A DNA stretch of 64,000 nt, from the IMG/VR virus record IMGVR_UViG_2974516482_000001, positions 31,225 through 95,224 of that record. One strand, written 5' to 3'. Positions 17,813 to 27,086 of the stretch are shown one piece after another. The notes under the pieces were generated by a model. That model did no database searches and was not told the origin of the DNA. It saw nothing but the letters and a program-made list of their open reading frames with translations. This stretch comes from a virus (lineage: Duplodnaviria > Heunggongvirae > Uroviricota > Caudoviricetes > Ackermannviridae). Within the stretch, counting starts at the first letter, position 1; each line of letters starts with the position of its first letter. Position numbers and translations under genes: made by a program.

Positions 17813-19831
17813 ATGGCAGAATTCAAACCCTTCGCAACGGCAGTTAATAACAACGTGCTGGCGATGTCCGCAACTGGTCTGTTCATGACCAATATCGATA
17901 AAGATGCTCTTTGGGATCTGTATCTGGCGTCCTTCCCTGAAGGCACTAACCCGCTGTACCGCGAACGTACTGAACACGATTGCACCTGCTGTAAACAATT
18001 CATCCGTAACATCGGCGGTGTTGTCACCATCGATTCAGAGCTGAACGTAATTTCTATCTGGGACAACATTGATCTGGGTAATGAATATGATGTTGTTGCG
18101 GCGGCGCTGTCAGCGTATGTCAAACAGCACGCAATCGTCGACGTGTACTTCAACGACACTAAGAAAGTTGGTGTTGAGTCGAACCACGAAATGAAAGACG
18201 GCAACGTTCGCACCTACAACCACTTCCACACCGAACTGCTGGGCAGCTATGTGCTGCGGGCGGATGACATCGCTTCTAAGAAGGGTGAAATCCGCCAGGC
18301 GATTGAAGTGTTTGAGCGCGGTCTGCGTGAACTGTCTCTGGAATCAGCCGAAATCGTTCTGGAACTGATCGATCAGAATTCTCTGTATCGCGGTGAAGAG
18401 CACAAAGCGGTAATGCAGGCGTTCGTGGTGAACAAGACTCTGTACGAACAAACTGCAGAAGAGAAACGCGCTGTGTGGGCTTGGCGCACTGGCTACCGCG
18501 CAAACGGTCATACTCCTCATGGCATTCGTAATACCGTGATTGGCTCTCTTCTGGTAGACCTCAACGAAGGTCGCGATCTGGAAACAGCCGTGAAGTCCTT
18601 CGAATCCAAAGTCGCTCCGACGAACTACAAGCGCCCGACCGCGCTGGTCACGAAGTCTATGATCGAAAATGCACAGAAAGAAGTTGAAGCGCTGGGTCTG
18701 ACTGAATCCCTGGGTCGCCGTTATGCCGTGTATGACGACCTGACCATCAACAACGTTCTGTTCGCCGACCTGGCAGCACAGAAGAAGATGGACCCGTTTG
18801 CTCAGCTGGCGTCTGAAGTGAAGACTCCGACCAAGTCCCTGGACAAGGTTGAAGAGATCACCATCGACGACTTCCTGACCAACGTGTTGCCAAAGGCGCA
18901 TTCCCTGGAAGTGCTGGTTGAGAACTCTCACACTGGCAACCTGATGTCTCTGATTGCTCCAGCTACGGCAGGTGCTCCTAACCTGTTCAAGTGGAACAAT
19001 GGCTTCAGCTGGTCGTACAATGGCGAAGTAGCCGACTCCATCAAAGAGCGCGTGAAGACCGCAGGCGGCAACGTAGACGGGTTCCTCCGTGTGTCTTTGG
19101 CATGGCATAACAACGACGACCTGGATCTGAGCCTGAACGATCCTCTTCACAACCACGTGTATTTCAACAACCGTCGTTCGGCAACTGGTGCAACCCTGGA
19201 CATCGACATGAACGGCATGGACGGTATTGACCCAAATCGCCGTCCGGTGGAGAACATCTTCTTCAGCGATGAACGCAAGCTGCGTGACGGGAACTATGAG
19301 TTCTATGTCACCAACTACAGCAAGCGCGAAACCTGCGATGTGGGCTTCGAAATCGAAGTTGAATACAAAGGCCAGACCAAGCGCTTCTCGCATCCTGGTC
19401 TGGGTAACAAAGATCGCACGTTGGCTGTTGTGGTTCAGGTACGCGCTGGTCAGGTGGTCGACATCAGTTCTACCCTGAAAGACGATGCTCGCTCTCAGGA
19501 AATCTGGGGCATCAAGACCTCGGTCTTCCAGAAGGTACAGCTGGTTCTGAACTCACCAAACCATTGGGATGGCGAGCAGACAGGCAACAAGCATGTATTC
19601 TTCATCCTGGAAGGTTGTGCCAACCCGGTCGGCACCCGTGGCTTCTACAACGAATATTTGAAGCCGGAACTGGATAAACACCGCAAGGTTTTTGAAATGT
19701 TAGGAGGTAAGATTAAAGTACAGCCAAGCACTGACCAGCTGTCCGGTCTGGGCTTCTCGACGACGCAACGCAACCACGTGTTCGTCAAAGTGTCCGGCGC
19801 GTTTAACCGTACTGTAAAAGTCATTTTCTAA
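17813..19831 (+). CDS. large hypothetical protein (672 aa)
   Basis: GGAAGA SD. Strong codon bias. No recognisable catalytic motif. Confidence 0.55.
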   Translation: MAEFKPFATAVNNNVLAMSATGLFMTNIDKDALWDLYLASFPEGTNPLYRERTEHDCTCCKQFIRNIGGVVTIDSELNVISIWDNIDLGNEYDVVAAALSAYVKQHAIVDVYFNDTKKVGVESNHEMKDGNVRTYNHFHTELLGSYVLRADDIASKKGEIRQAIEVFERGLRELSLESAEIVLELIDQNSLYRGEEHKAVMQAFVVNKTLYEQTAEEKRAVWAWRTGYRANGHTPHGIRNTVIGSLLVDLNEGRDLETAVKSFESKVAPTNYKRPTALVTKSMIENAQKEVEALGLTESLGRRYAVYDDLTINNVLFADLAAQKKMDPFAQLASEVKTPTKSLDKVEEITIDDFLTNVLPKAHSLEVLVENSHTGNLMSLIAPATAGAPNLFKWNNGFSWSYNGEVADSIKERVKTAGGNVDGFLRVSLAWHNNDDLDLSLNDPLHNHVYFNNRRSATGATLDIDMNGMDGIDPNRRPVENIFFSDERKLRDGNYEFYVTNYSKRETCDVGFEIEVEYKGQTKRFSHPGLGNKDRTLAVVVQVRAGQVVDISSTLKDDARSQEIWGIKTSVFQKVQLVLNSPNHWDGEQTGNKHVFFILEGCANPVGTRGFYNEYLKPELDKHRKVFEMLGGKIKVQPSTDQLSGLGFSTTQRNHVFVKVSGAFNRTVKVIF

Positions 19832-19868
19832 TTGTTTTTACCACAAATTCGTAATAAGGAACAATGAA

Positions 19869-20240
19869 ATGTTTGATCAAGCAACCCGTTTAAAACTGCG
19901 TTTCAACTCTAACAAAGGTCTGCTGTCTGTTGAGCAGGTTTGGGATCTGAACCTGAATGCCCTAAACGAACTGGCGAAAGACCTCAGCCGTCAGGTGAAG
20001 GAAGCCGCCAGCGATGAAGAAGATTTCATCGGCGTGAAAAGCGCAGTCGACTCTCAGTTACAACTGCGTTTCGATATCGTGAAAGCGATCATCGGTGTTA
20101 AACTGAAAGAACGTGACGAAAGCGCAACCGCCGCCGAACGTAAAGCGAATAACCAGGCGATCATGGAACTGATCCAGCGTAAGAAACAGCAGGAACTGGA
20201 AGGTCTCTCTGTTGAAGAACTGGAAAAACTCCTGAAATAA
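19869..20240 (+). CDS. hypothetical coiled-coil protein (123 aa)
   Basis: AGGAACAatgaaATG. Acidic/Lys-rich. Confidence 0.5.
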   Translation: MFDQATRLKLRFNSNKGLLSVEQVWDLNLNALNELAKDLSRQVKEAASDEEDFIGVKSAVDSQLQLRFDIVKAIIGVKLKERDESATAAERKANNQAIMELIQRKKQQELEGLSVEELEKLLK

Positions 20241-20254
20241 TCTGTCGGCCTAAG

Positions 20255-20282
20255 AAACCCCGCCATGTGCGGGGTTTCTTTT
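20255..20282 (+). terminator. rho-independent terminator
   Basis: aaaccccgc-catgt-gcggggttt plus cttttgg. Confidence 0.6.
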
Positions 20283-20293
20283 GGACAAAGAAT

Positions 20294-20668
20294 ATGAAAC
20301 CTGTCATCTGTGATTACTGCGGTCAACCTGCCAAATACGTCAGTGGTGATGTACTCTACCCTCATCGCCCAGATCTACACAAACTGAAGTTCTGGGTATG
20401 CACTCCATGTGACGCTCGTGTGGGTTGCCATACCCATGGGGATGGAAAGACCCCTCTGGGAAGGATGGCGAATGCCGCTCTCCGTGCTGCTAAGCAGGAA
20501 GCTCATAGGTCGTTTGACCCTATCTGGAAAAGTGGGCAGAGGAGCAGGAGTGATGCTTACAGCTGGCTGGCTCATAATCTGGGGATCAAGAAGCGCGATT
20601 GCCATATCGGCTTGTTCGATATCGTCATGTGCCGTAAAGTAGTGGAGGTCTGTAAACAAATATCATAG
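20294..20668 (+). CDS. Cys-rich zinc-finger protein (CDYCG...CTPCD)
   Basis: Track start at 20267 is GTG inside the terminator hairpin; ATG 20294 is preferred. Confidence 0.45.
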   Translation: MKPVICDYCGQPAKYVSGDVLYPHRPDLHKLKFWVCTPCDARVGCHTHGDGKTPLGRMANAALRAAKQEAHRSFDPIWKSGQRSRSDAYSWLAHNLGIKKRDCHIGLFDIVMCRKVVEVCKQIS

Positions 20669-20676
20669 GATAACAC

Positions 20677-21549
20677 ATGACAACTCGTACTGGCATCAAA
20701 CTCACTCCTGAAGTCCTGAAGTCACATATCGCTGAGGTGATTTACGAAGACCGCGAAGTCGGCGGTCACCGGGCTATCACTTGTCATTTCAAGATGGATA
20801 ACGGCTTCGTCGTTCACGGCACCAAGCCCAGCACATCCATAGACCCGGCCAACTTCGATGAAGCCCTGGGCAAAGAGATTTCCTACAATAACACCTTCGA
20901 CCAGCTGTGGCAGCTGGAGGCATATCGTGCGCTTGTTGAACAAGAACTGCTCTCCAAGGCGGTGGAAACAGCTGAAATCAGGATCGACCAATACATCGTA
21001 AGCAGAAGCGCTCTCAGTCCGGCGTATCACCTCGGACACAACGTGCTGATTCAAGACGTGATGTTCAAAGCGGAAAACGGTCAATCGTATATGGCGTCCT
21101 TCGTCTGTGGTCCGGAAGACATGGATCTCGTTATTGACGGACACAATGACAAATCTCGTAAGGCTGTGAGCGACTTCCTTCGCGCCAACTCCAAACTCGA
21201 CCTCATCTACTCTCCGTTGGTGCAGCGTATTGCTAAGACCTGCCATGAAGCCAACCGCGCCTATTGTGAGTCTGTCGGTGATGACTCTCAAATGCCTTGG
21301 GAACAAGCCCCGGCCTGGCAGCGTGAGAGTGCCTGTAAAGGCGTTATTTTCCATCTCACTGGTGAACGTAAGCCTAGCGAGTCGCATGAAAGCTGGCTGG
21401 CGCAGAAGGAGTCTGAGGGATGGGTGTACGGTGATGTCAAAGACTTCGATAAGAAGACTCACCCATGCATGCGCCCTTACAACGAACTCCCTGTTGAGCA
21501 GCGCACCAAGGACTACATCTTCAAAGGCATCGTAGACTCCTTCAAGTGA
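20677..21549 (+). CDS. hypothetical protein with C-terminal RyR-like domain
   Basis: C-terminal segment (CHEANRAYCE...WEQAPAWQRESACKG...YNELPVEQRTKDY) resembles the ryanodine-receptor (RyR) repeat seen in phage proteins. Confidence 0.45.
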   Translation: MTTRTGIKLTPEVLKSHIAEVIYEDREVGGHRAITCHFKMDNGFVVHGTKPSTSIDPANFDEALGKEISYNNTFDQLWQLEAYRALVEQELLSKAVETAEIRIDQYIVSRSALSPAYHLGHNVLIQDVMFKAENGQSYMASFVCGPEDMDLVIDGHNDKSRKAVSDFLRANSKLDLIYSPLVQRIAKTCHEANRAYCESVGDDSQMPWEQAPAWQRESACKGVIFHLTGERKPSESHESWLAQKESEGWVYGDVKDFDKKTHPCMRPYNELPVEQRTKDYIFKGIVDSFK

Positions 21550-21660
21550 TCTGACTTATCCTAAGCCTTTCAATAACAATAACGCCCAGTATATTTGCCG
21601 GGCGTTTCATTTAACAACCACAGTATAATACGGCTGTACAATACACCATGAGGCTACATT

Positions 21661-22515
21661 ATGTTTCGTTTGAAATTGAACGACCAAGATGTGTTCTATA
21701 AACACTTCACCTTTCCAGGCGGTGAAGAACACGTCAAGATCCAAAAGGCGGGTATCCCTGTCGCCAAAGTCCAGAAGGTGAAGATTGACGCCCACATTAA
21801 ATCATCAGCCGACTTTATTGAGCTGGCGTTGTTAGTCAATGCTGTGCGTGGGCTGAGTAATGTGGATCGCATGACCACCTTCCATGCATGCATCCCTTAC
21901 TTCCCGTATGCTCGCCAGGATCGTCATTGCGACTTTGGTGAACCTCTGTCTGTGAAGTGGGCTGCTGAGTTTATCAATAGCATGAACTTTGACCGTGTGG
22001 CCATCTATGATCCACACAGCCATGTTGTCACCTCTCTGATTAACAACGCCCATGTCGTACAACAGGATTACATTGTTCGCCAGTATCTGGGTTGGTTCAT
22101 CCGTGGAAACAATGCTGTGCTGGTAGCCCCCGACGGCGGCGCGGCCAAGAAGACCGAAACCCTCAGCCTGTCTATGGGTGGTGTTCCTATCATTTACGGA
22201 CACAAGAACCGTGACACCAAGACAGGCGAGATCATTGGGGTGAGTATTACAAACCCTGAATTGATCAAAGACCGCTATCTGGTTGTGGTCGATGACATCT
22301 GCGACGGCGGGCGCACGTTTGTTGAGCTGGGCAAAGAGCTTCAGAAGCACAAGCCTAAGCACATGACGCTCTTCGTTACCCATGGCATCTTCAGCAAAGG
22401 TCTCTCTGTGTTCGACGGGATTTACGATGCTGTGTATGCCGACACTGTCTGGTGGGAGAACATCACCGCCGACGGTCTTCCATTCAAAACTGAAAATACA
22501 GGACGTGTAAAATGA
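21661..22515 (+). CDS. ribose-phosphate pyrophosphokinase-like enzyme (PRS family; candidate ADP-ribose pyrophosphokinase of an NAD+ reconstitution pathway)
   Basis: PRTase signature VVVDDICDGGRTF. VLVAPDGGAAKK. 284 aa. ATGA overlap with the downstream NAMPT-like gene. Confidence 0.8.
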   Translation: MFRLKLNDQDVFYKHFTFPGGEEHVKIQKAGIPVAKVQKVKIDAHIKSSADFIELALLVNAVRGLSNVDRMTTFHACIPYFPYARQDRHCDFGEPLSVKWAAEFINSMNFDRVAIYDPHSHVVTSLINNAHVVQQDYIVRQYLGWFIRGNNAVLVAPDGGAAKKTETLSLSMGGVPIIYGHKNRDTKTGEIIGVSITNPELIKDRYLVVVDDICDGGRTFVELGKELQKHKPKHMTLFVTHGIFSKGLSVFDGIYDAVYADTVWWENITADGLPFKTENTGRVK

Positions 22516-24176
22516 GCATGCGCCACTTAGATCCAATCCATGCAATCGACTTCTACAAATCAGGGCATATCTATCAATTCCCTGAAGGCAGCGAGCTGGT
22601 GTTCTCCAACGGAACTCCGCGCTCCAACAAACTGTTCAACTCTCACCTGCCGAAGAACGGCGTGGTGGTCTGGGGCATCCAGGGCTTCATGACCTGGTTC
22701 CATGAACTGTTTGATGAAGCGTTCTTCCAGCGCCCGAAAGCCAAGGTGCTGAAGAAATATGCCCGTCGCATGAACAAAGTGCTTGGTCCAGGCCGCGTCG
22801 GCACAGAGCATATCGAAGCCCTGCACGACCTCGGCTACCTGCCTATCGAAGTCCGTGCTCTGCCCGAAGGCACCATGTGTCCGTATGGCGTTCCGGTGTA
22901 TGTGATGTTCAACACCTTGCCGGAGTTCTACTGGCTGACCAACTATCTGGAGACTGTGTTCAGTTCCGAGATCTGGAAACCGATGACGAACGCCACCATC
23001 GCCCTGCATTATAAGGCGCTGATGGTGAAAGCCGCTATCGCTACGGGTGTGTCACCAGACCATTGGTTCATCGATTACCAAGGCCACGACTTCTCCTTCC
23101 GTGGTATGAGCGGTTGGCATGATGCCGCGTCTTCCGGTTCTGGCCATCTGGTATTCTTCAAAGGCACCGACACCAACCCTGCCCTGGACTTCGTAGAAGA
23201 GTATTATGGCGTAGACATCGACGAAGACTATGTTGTTGCCGGCTCTGTTGCGGCTACCGAACACGCCGTGATGTGCATGGGCACGAAGGATGGTGAATTC
23301 GAAACCTTCCGCCGCCTGGTGCAGGACGTGTATCCTGATGGCATCGTCAGCATCGTGTCCGACGCATGGGATTACTGGCAGGTCATCGACGACTATCTGC
23401 CTCGCCTGAAAGACATTATCATGGCGCGTAACGGTAAAGTCGTGATCCGCCCTGACTCGGGCGACCCTGTACACATCGTTGGCGGCTACCGCATTGAATC
23501 ATTCCGCAATCGCGGGACGCTTCAGTTAAGCAGCGTGTCCAGCAGCACCGAAGTCATCCACATCGAAGAGACGAACACATATCACCTGATCACAGGCGAA
23601 GGCACGATCAACTCTCTGATGGCAGATGACCGCAATATCATCAGTCGTTCAGAAGCGGTCGGCTCTATCCAGCGCCTGTGGGAGATCTTTGGCGGAACCC
23701 AGACTGAAACTGGTCACTTCCTGTTGGACGAACACATCGGTCTGATCTACGGCGATTCCATCACCCTGGCACGTGAAGACCAGATCTTTAGCCGTCTGGC
23801 TGGCCGGAACTTCGCTTCCATCAACGTGGTGTTCGGTATCGGTTCCTACACCTACCAGATGAACACCCGTGACAGTACTGGCACGGCAGTGAAAGCGACG
23901 GCTGGTAAGGTGAACGGTGAATTCCGCGAAATCTTCAAAGAGCCGAAGACCGACAAAGGCGGGACTAAAAAGTCTGCGCGTGGTTTCCTTAAAGTCATTA
24001 AAGACTTTCAGGGTAAACTAGTGTTGGTTGACGGTATCACCTTTGATCAGGTGCAAGACGCCGACAACCAGCACCAGCTGGTGTACCGCGATGGCAAGTT
24101 CTTCAACACCCAAACGCTGGAAGATGCGCGTGTCCGCGCCGCTCCTCTGGTGGTAGAATTGGCCTCACAAATCTGA
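22512..24176 (+). CDS. nicotinamide phosphoribosyltransferase-like enzyme (NAMPT/NadV family; candidate nicotinamide ADPR transferase)
   Basis: 554 aa NAMPT-family product (GTDTNPALDFVEEYYG, AATEHAVMCMG, PDSGDP motifs). Translationally coupled to the PRS-like gene. Confidence 0.8.
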   Translation: MSMRHLDPIHAIDFYKSGHIYQFPEGSELVFSNGTPRSNKLFNSHLPKNGVVVWGIQGFMTWFHELFDEAFFQRPKAKVLKKYARRMNKVLGPGRVGTEHIEALHDLGYLPIEVRALPEGTMCPYGVPVYVMFNTLPEFYWLTNYLETVFSSEIWKPMTNATIALHYKALMVKAAIATGVSPDHWFIDYQGHDFSFRGMSGWHDAASSGSGHLVFFKGTDTNPALDFVEEYYGVDIDEDYVVAGSVAATEHAVMCMGTKDGEFETFRRLVQDVYPDGIVSIVSDAWDYWQVIDDYLPRLKDIIMARNGKVVIRPDSGDPVHIVGGYRIESFRNRGTLQLSSVSSSTEVIHIEETNTYHLITGEGTINSLMADDRNIISRSEAVGSIQRLWEIFGGTQTETGHFLLDEHIGLIYGDSITLAREDQIFSRLAGRNFASINVVFGIGSYTYQMNTRDSTGTAVKATAGKVNGEFREIFKEPKTDKGGTKKSARGFLKVIKDFQGKLVLVDGITFDQVQDADNQHQLVYRDGKFFNTQTLEDARVRAAPLVVELASQI

Positions 24177-24215
24177 TAACTGAAGGGGAGGGAACTCCCC
24201 GTTTGAGGTCGAGAA

Positions 24216-24389
24216 ATGTCCAAACCATTCAAAAATGCGGGTGTCGACAACCTCGACCGCCGCTTTACTCCATCGGAAACGCTGATGAGTCAGATTGAGA
24301 CTAATCGCGAATTCATAGAACACATGCTGGCGAAGCCGGAAGGTGAAGCCGTCCATACCACTAAAGAAGGTAATAACGATGATTGAATC
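24216..24389 (+). CDS. small hypothetical protein (57 aa)
   Basis: Follows the hairpin at 24185-24203. Its stop overlaps the VWA gene start (ATGATTGA). Confidence 0.35.
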
Positions 24390-26595
24390 ATTAACATTTA
24401 AGAATGCGGTTGCGACCGTCGCGCCGTCTAACCATGTAATCGTTGTGGATATCTCCGGTTCCATGTATCGTTCACTTCCAGAAGTCCGTAAGCATCTGAA
24501 GGAGAACCTGCCTTCCCTGGTGAAACCGGAAGATACTGTGAGCATCCTTTACTTTTCATCTCGCGGTGATTTCGGAACGGTATTTGCCGGACGTCAGATT
24601 AACAGTGCAACTGATCTCAGTGAGATCAATAATCTAATTGACCGTTTCCTGAAGCCTTCTGGTTGTACTGGTTTTGTTGAGCCGCTGAAATTGGCTGCGG
24701 AAACTGCCATTAGTCTGAATAAACCTGGTTATGTTAACAACCTGGCATTCATGACCGACGGATATGACAACTGCTGGCGTTCTAATGAAATCCTGGATGC
24801 CGCTGAAGTACTGCCCAAAGCGTTTGATAACATTACCTTCATCGAATACGGTTGGTATTGTAATCGCGAACTGCTGGCGCTAATGGCAGAACGTTCTGGT
24901 GCGACCCACGTATTCGCCGAAGGCCAGAATGAATATCAGACCGAATTGGAAAATGTACTGAAATCATCTACGCCGAAAGTGGTTGTTGATGTTCCCCTGG
25001 TTTACACTCATGCCATCTACGTTGAAAACGGCGTGGCAACTGTTTTAGCCGTACAACCTGATGAAGAACACCCGATTGGCCACGTCAGCATCCCTGAAAG
25101 CGTTTCTCAGCTGTGGGTTGTAAACCCCAACATGATCGACCAGCTGGATAATCTGGCAGACACCCAAGCGGCATACGTGCTGGCATTCTATGGCGTGTAC
25201 ACCATGGACGCCGATCTGGTCTGGGCCGCGCTGAAGAAGACGGGTGACGTCCGCTTCATCAAACAGTACAGCAACTGTTTCACCAAGCAGGATTACTCCA
25301 ACATCAAAGTTGATCTGACTCAGGCTATCGTAGACGAATCTCTGCGAGGAGTTGATGGCATCGATTATAATATGGTTCCGGCTGAAGACGCCACCACCAT
25401 TGTTGATGTTCTGACGTATCTGGCTGAAGCAGATGTCTCTATCGTCACCAAGCATCCGCTATTCTCTTACAAGAGCATTGGGCGCGGTACTGTACAGAAA
25501 GTTGATGACACCGAAGACAAGTTGGCCGAAGAGATTGCGAATGCGACTTCTAAAGAAGAGCGTAAAGCCCTGGCGCTCAAACTGGCCGAGCACGAAGATT
25601 GGACCCCCGAATTCAATCCAGCAGATGATAAAGGGATTGTCCCGATCAGCAATTTGGTCTATAATTCAGAACGCCCTAACATCAGTGTGCAGACAGTTCA
25701 ACACGGAACGGTTGTTGTGCCTGAGTTTGTACAGAAGAAATATGAACTTCCTGAAGAGCTGGGAACCTGGCGTTATCGCAATTACACCATTGTCAAGGAT
25801 GGTATCATCAACCTGAAAACAATGCCTATCACTGCGGATTCTCCGATTGTTCGGGCTAAGGTGGCACAGGATTTGACTGCCATGGGTGTTCATGTGTTTG
25901 GTGGACCGGAAGTCTTCATTGTAAATCTGGAAAGTGTCCCAATGGTTAACCGCGCTATGACAAAGAATATCAGTGCTGCTGAATTCTTTGCAGACAATGT
26001 GCACCGTGAAGCATTGAAGGCGAAACAAAAAGTTCTGAAATTCTATCGTGATGAGCTGGTTGGTAAAGGCAATGCTGCTGGTTTGGCTTCAAAATATGGC
26101 AAAGAAGCGGCTGATTTCCTGTCAGCAAACGGCATTCGCGACTATGGATTTTCACCGAAGACTTCTTCTGTAGAATCAACCGATGTCTATATGAGTCGTG
26201 AATTGAATGTGAAAATCAAAGGCGCATCTTCACTGCCGAGCATCGCGTCTGTTATCAAAAAACAGACGGACGGTAAAAAACTGAATGTCGCTGATCAGTT
26301 GATTGCTAATGCTCTGGCCGAATACAACGCTTTCGTTAAATCGCCAATGATCACCAGCGTACCTGAAGAGACTCAGAAAAAGCTGATTGAAAGCTGGATC
26401 GGAGACGCAGCAAAAGCGGCCATTAACGAAGTCCGCGCCCTGAACAAAACGCTGTCCAAGGTAGTTTATGGGATTGTTGCAGGCCATGGTTGGTTTACCG
26501 ACCTGGATTTGGAAGAATCCACTATGGATGTGGAAGTTGATGGGGTGAAATACACCGTCACTGCCGAACTGGCCGAAAAAGAAGTCAAAATCTAA
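24379..26595 (+). CDS. von Willebrand factor A (VWA) domain protein, 739 aa
   Basis: N-terminal MIDAS-type motif VVVDISGSM and subsequent VWA-like strands. Long C-terminal region of unknown function. Confidence 0.7.
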   Translation: MIESLTFKNAVATVAPSNHVIVVDISGSMYRSLPEVRKHLKENLPSLVKPEDTVSILYFSSRGDFGTVFAGRQINSATDLSEINNLIDRFLKPSGCTGFVEPLKLAAETAISLNKPGYVNNLAFMTDGYDNCWRSNEILDAAEVLPKAFDNITFIEYGWYCNRELLALMAERSGATHVFAEGQNEYQTELENVLKSSTPKVVVDVPLVYTHAIYVENGVATVLAVQPDEEHPIGHVSIPESVSQLWVVNPNMIDQLDNLADTQAAYVLAFYGVYTMDADLVWAALKKTGDVRFIKQYSNCFTKQDYSNIKVDLTQAIVDESLRGVDGIDYNMVPAEDATTIVDVLTYLAEADVSIVTKHPLFSYKSIGRGTVQKVDDTEDKLAEEIANATSKEERKALALKLAEHEDWTPEFNPADDKGIVPISNLVYNSERPNISVQTVQHGTVVVPEFVQKKYELPEELGTWRYRNYTIVKDGIINLKTMPITADSPIVRAKVAQDLTAMGVHVFGGPEVFIVNLESVPMVNRAMTKNISAAEFFADNVHREALKAKQKVLKFYRDELVGKGNAAGLASKYGKEAADFLSANGIRDYGFSPKTSSVESTDVYMSRELNVKIKGASSLPSIASVIKKQTDGKKLNVADQLIANALAEYNAFVKSPMITSVPEETQKKLIESWIGDAAKAAINEVRALNKTLSKVVYGIVAGHGWFTDLDLEESTMDVEVDGVKYTVTAELAEKEVKI

Positions 26596-26603
26596 ATTCA
26601 TCT

Positions 26604-26628
26604 GGCGGGGAAACCCGCCTTTACTTTC
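26604..26628 (+). terminator. hairpin terminator
   Basis: ggcgggg-aaa-cccgcc-tttacttt. Confidence 0.5.
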
Positions 26629-26639
26629 AGGAAATGAAT

Positions 26640-26963
26640 ATGAGCAACAAACCGACTTATGTTGAGGTGATGCGCCACCTGGCTCAGTACTCCACAGAGA
26701 ATCTGAATATGGATCTGTGGCGCGACGATGACAAGCGCAAACTACTGGATGACGTGGCGGCTCAAAACGAAGACGCTCTGGACAAGCTGGCTGGCCTCCG
26801 CACCAAGAAAGACCTTGGCGGCGACGAACTGGATGCCATCGAAATTGTGATGGACTTGGAAGAAGAGTTTCAGGTTGAAATCGAAGACGGCTGGCTGGGC
26901 AGTAAAGGCGATGACCCGACCATGGGTGAACTCGCCGAACTCGTGGTTGCCCTGTGTAAATAA
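26640..26963 (+). CDS. acyl carrier protein-like protein with Ser-to-Glu substitution at the phosphopantetheine site
   Basis: DLGGDELDAIEIVMDLEEEFQVEIED aligns with E. coli AcpP [26 protein letters not shown]. The DSL serine is E here. About 50-aa N-terminal extension. Confidence 0.65.
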   Translation: MSNKPTYVEVMRHLAQYSTENLNMDLWRDDDKRKLLDDVAAQNEDALDKLAGLRTKKDLGGDELDAIEIVMDLEEEFQVEIEDGWLGSKGDDPTMGELAELVVALCK

Positions 26964-26969
26964 TAGAAG

Positions 26970-26994
26970 TCCCCAACGTTTGTTGGGGATTTTT
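26970..26994 (+). terminator. rho-independent terminator
   Basis: tccccaac-gttt-gttgggga-ttttt. Confidence 0.55.
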
Positions 26995-27005
26995 ACTTTT
27001 AGGGG

Positions 27006-27034
27006 TTTACTTCTTCTAAAGAATATCCTATTAT
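27006..27034 (+). promoter_or_regulatory. early promoter cassette TTTACT-17-TATTAT
   Basis: Same -35/-10 architecture as the 5695, 43073, 49321, 57055 and 57523 cassettes. Confidence 0.35.
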
Positions 27035-27086
27035 TCAATAGCTGGCGAACGATGGGTTCACCAGGTTGAAAGGTATCAAATACATC

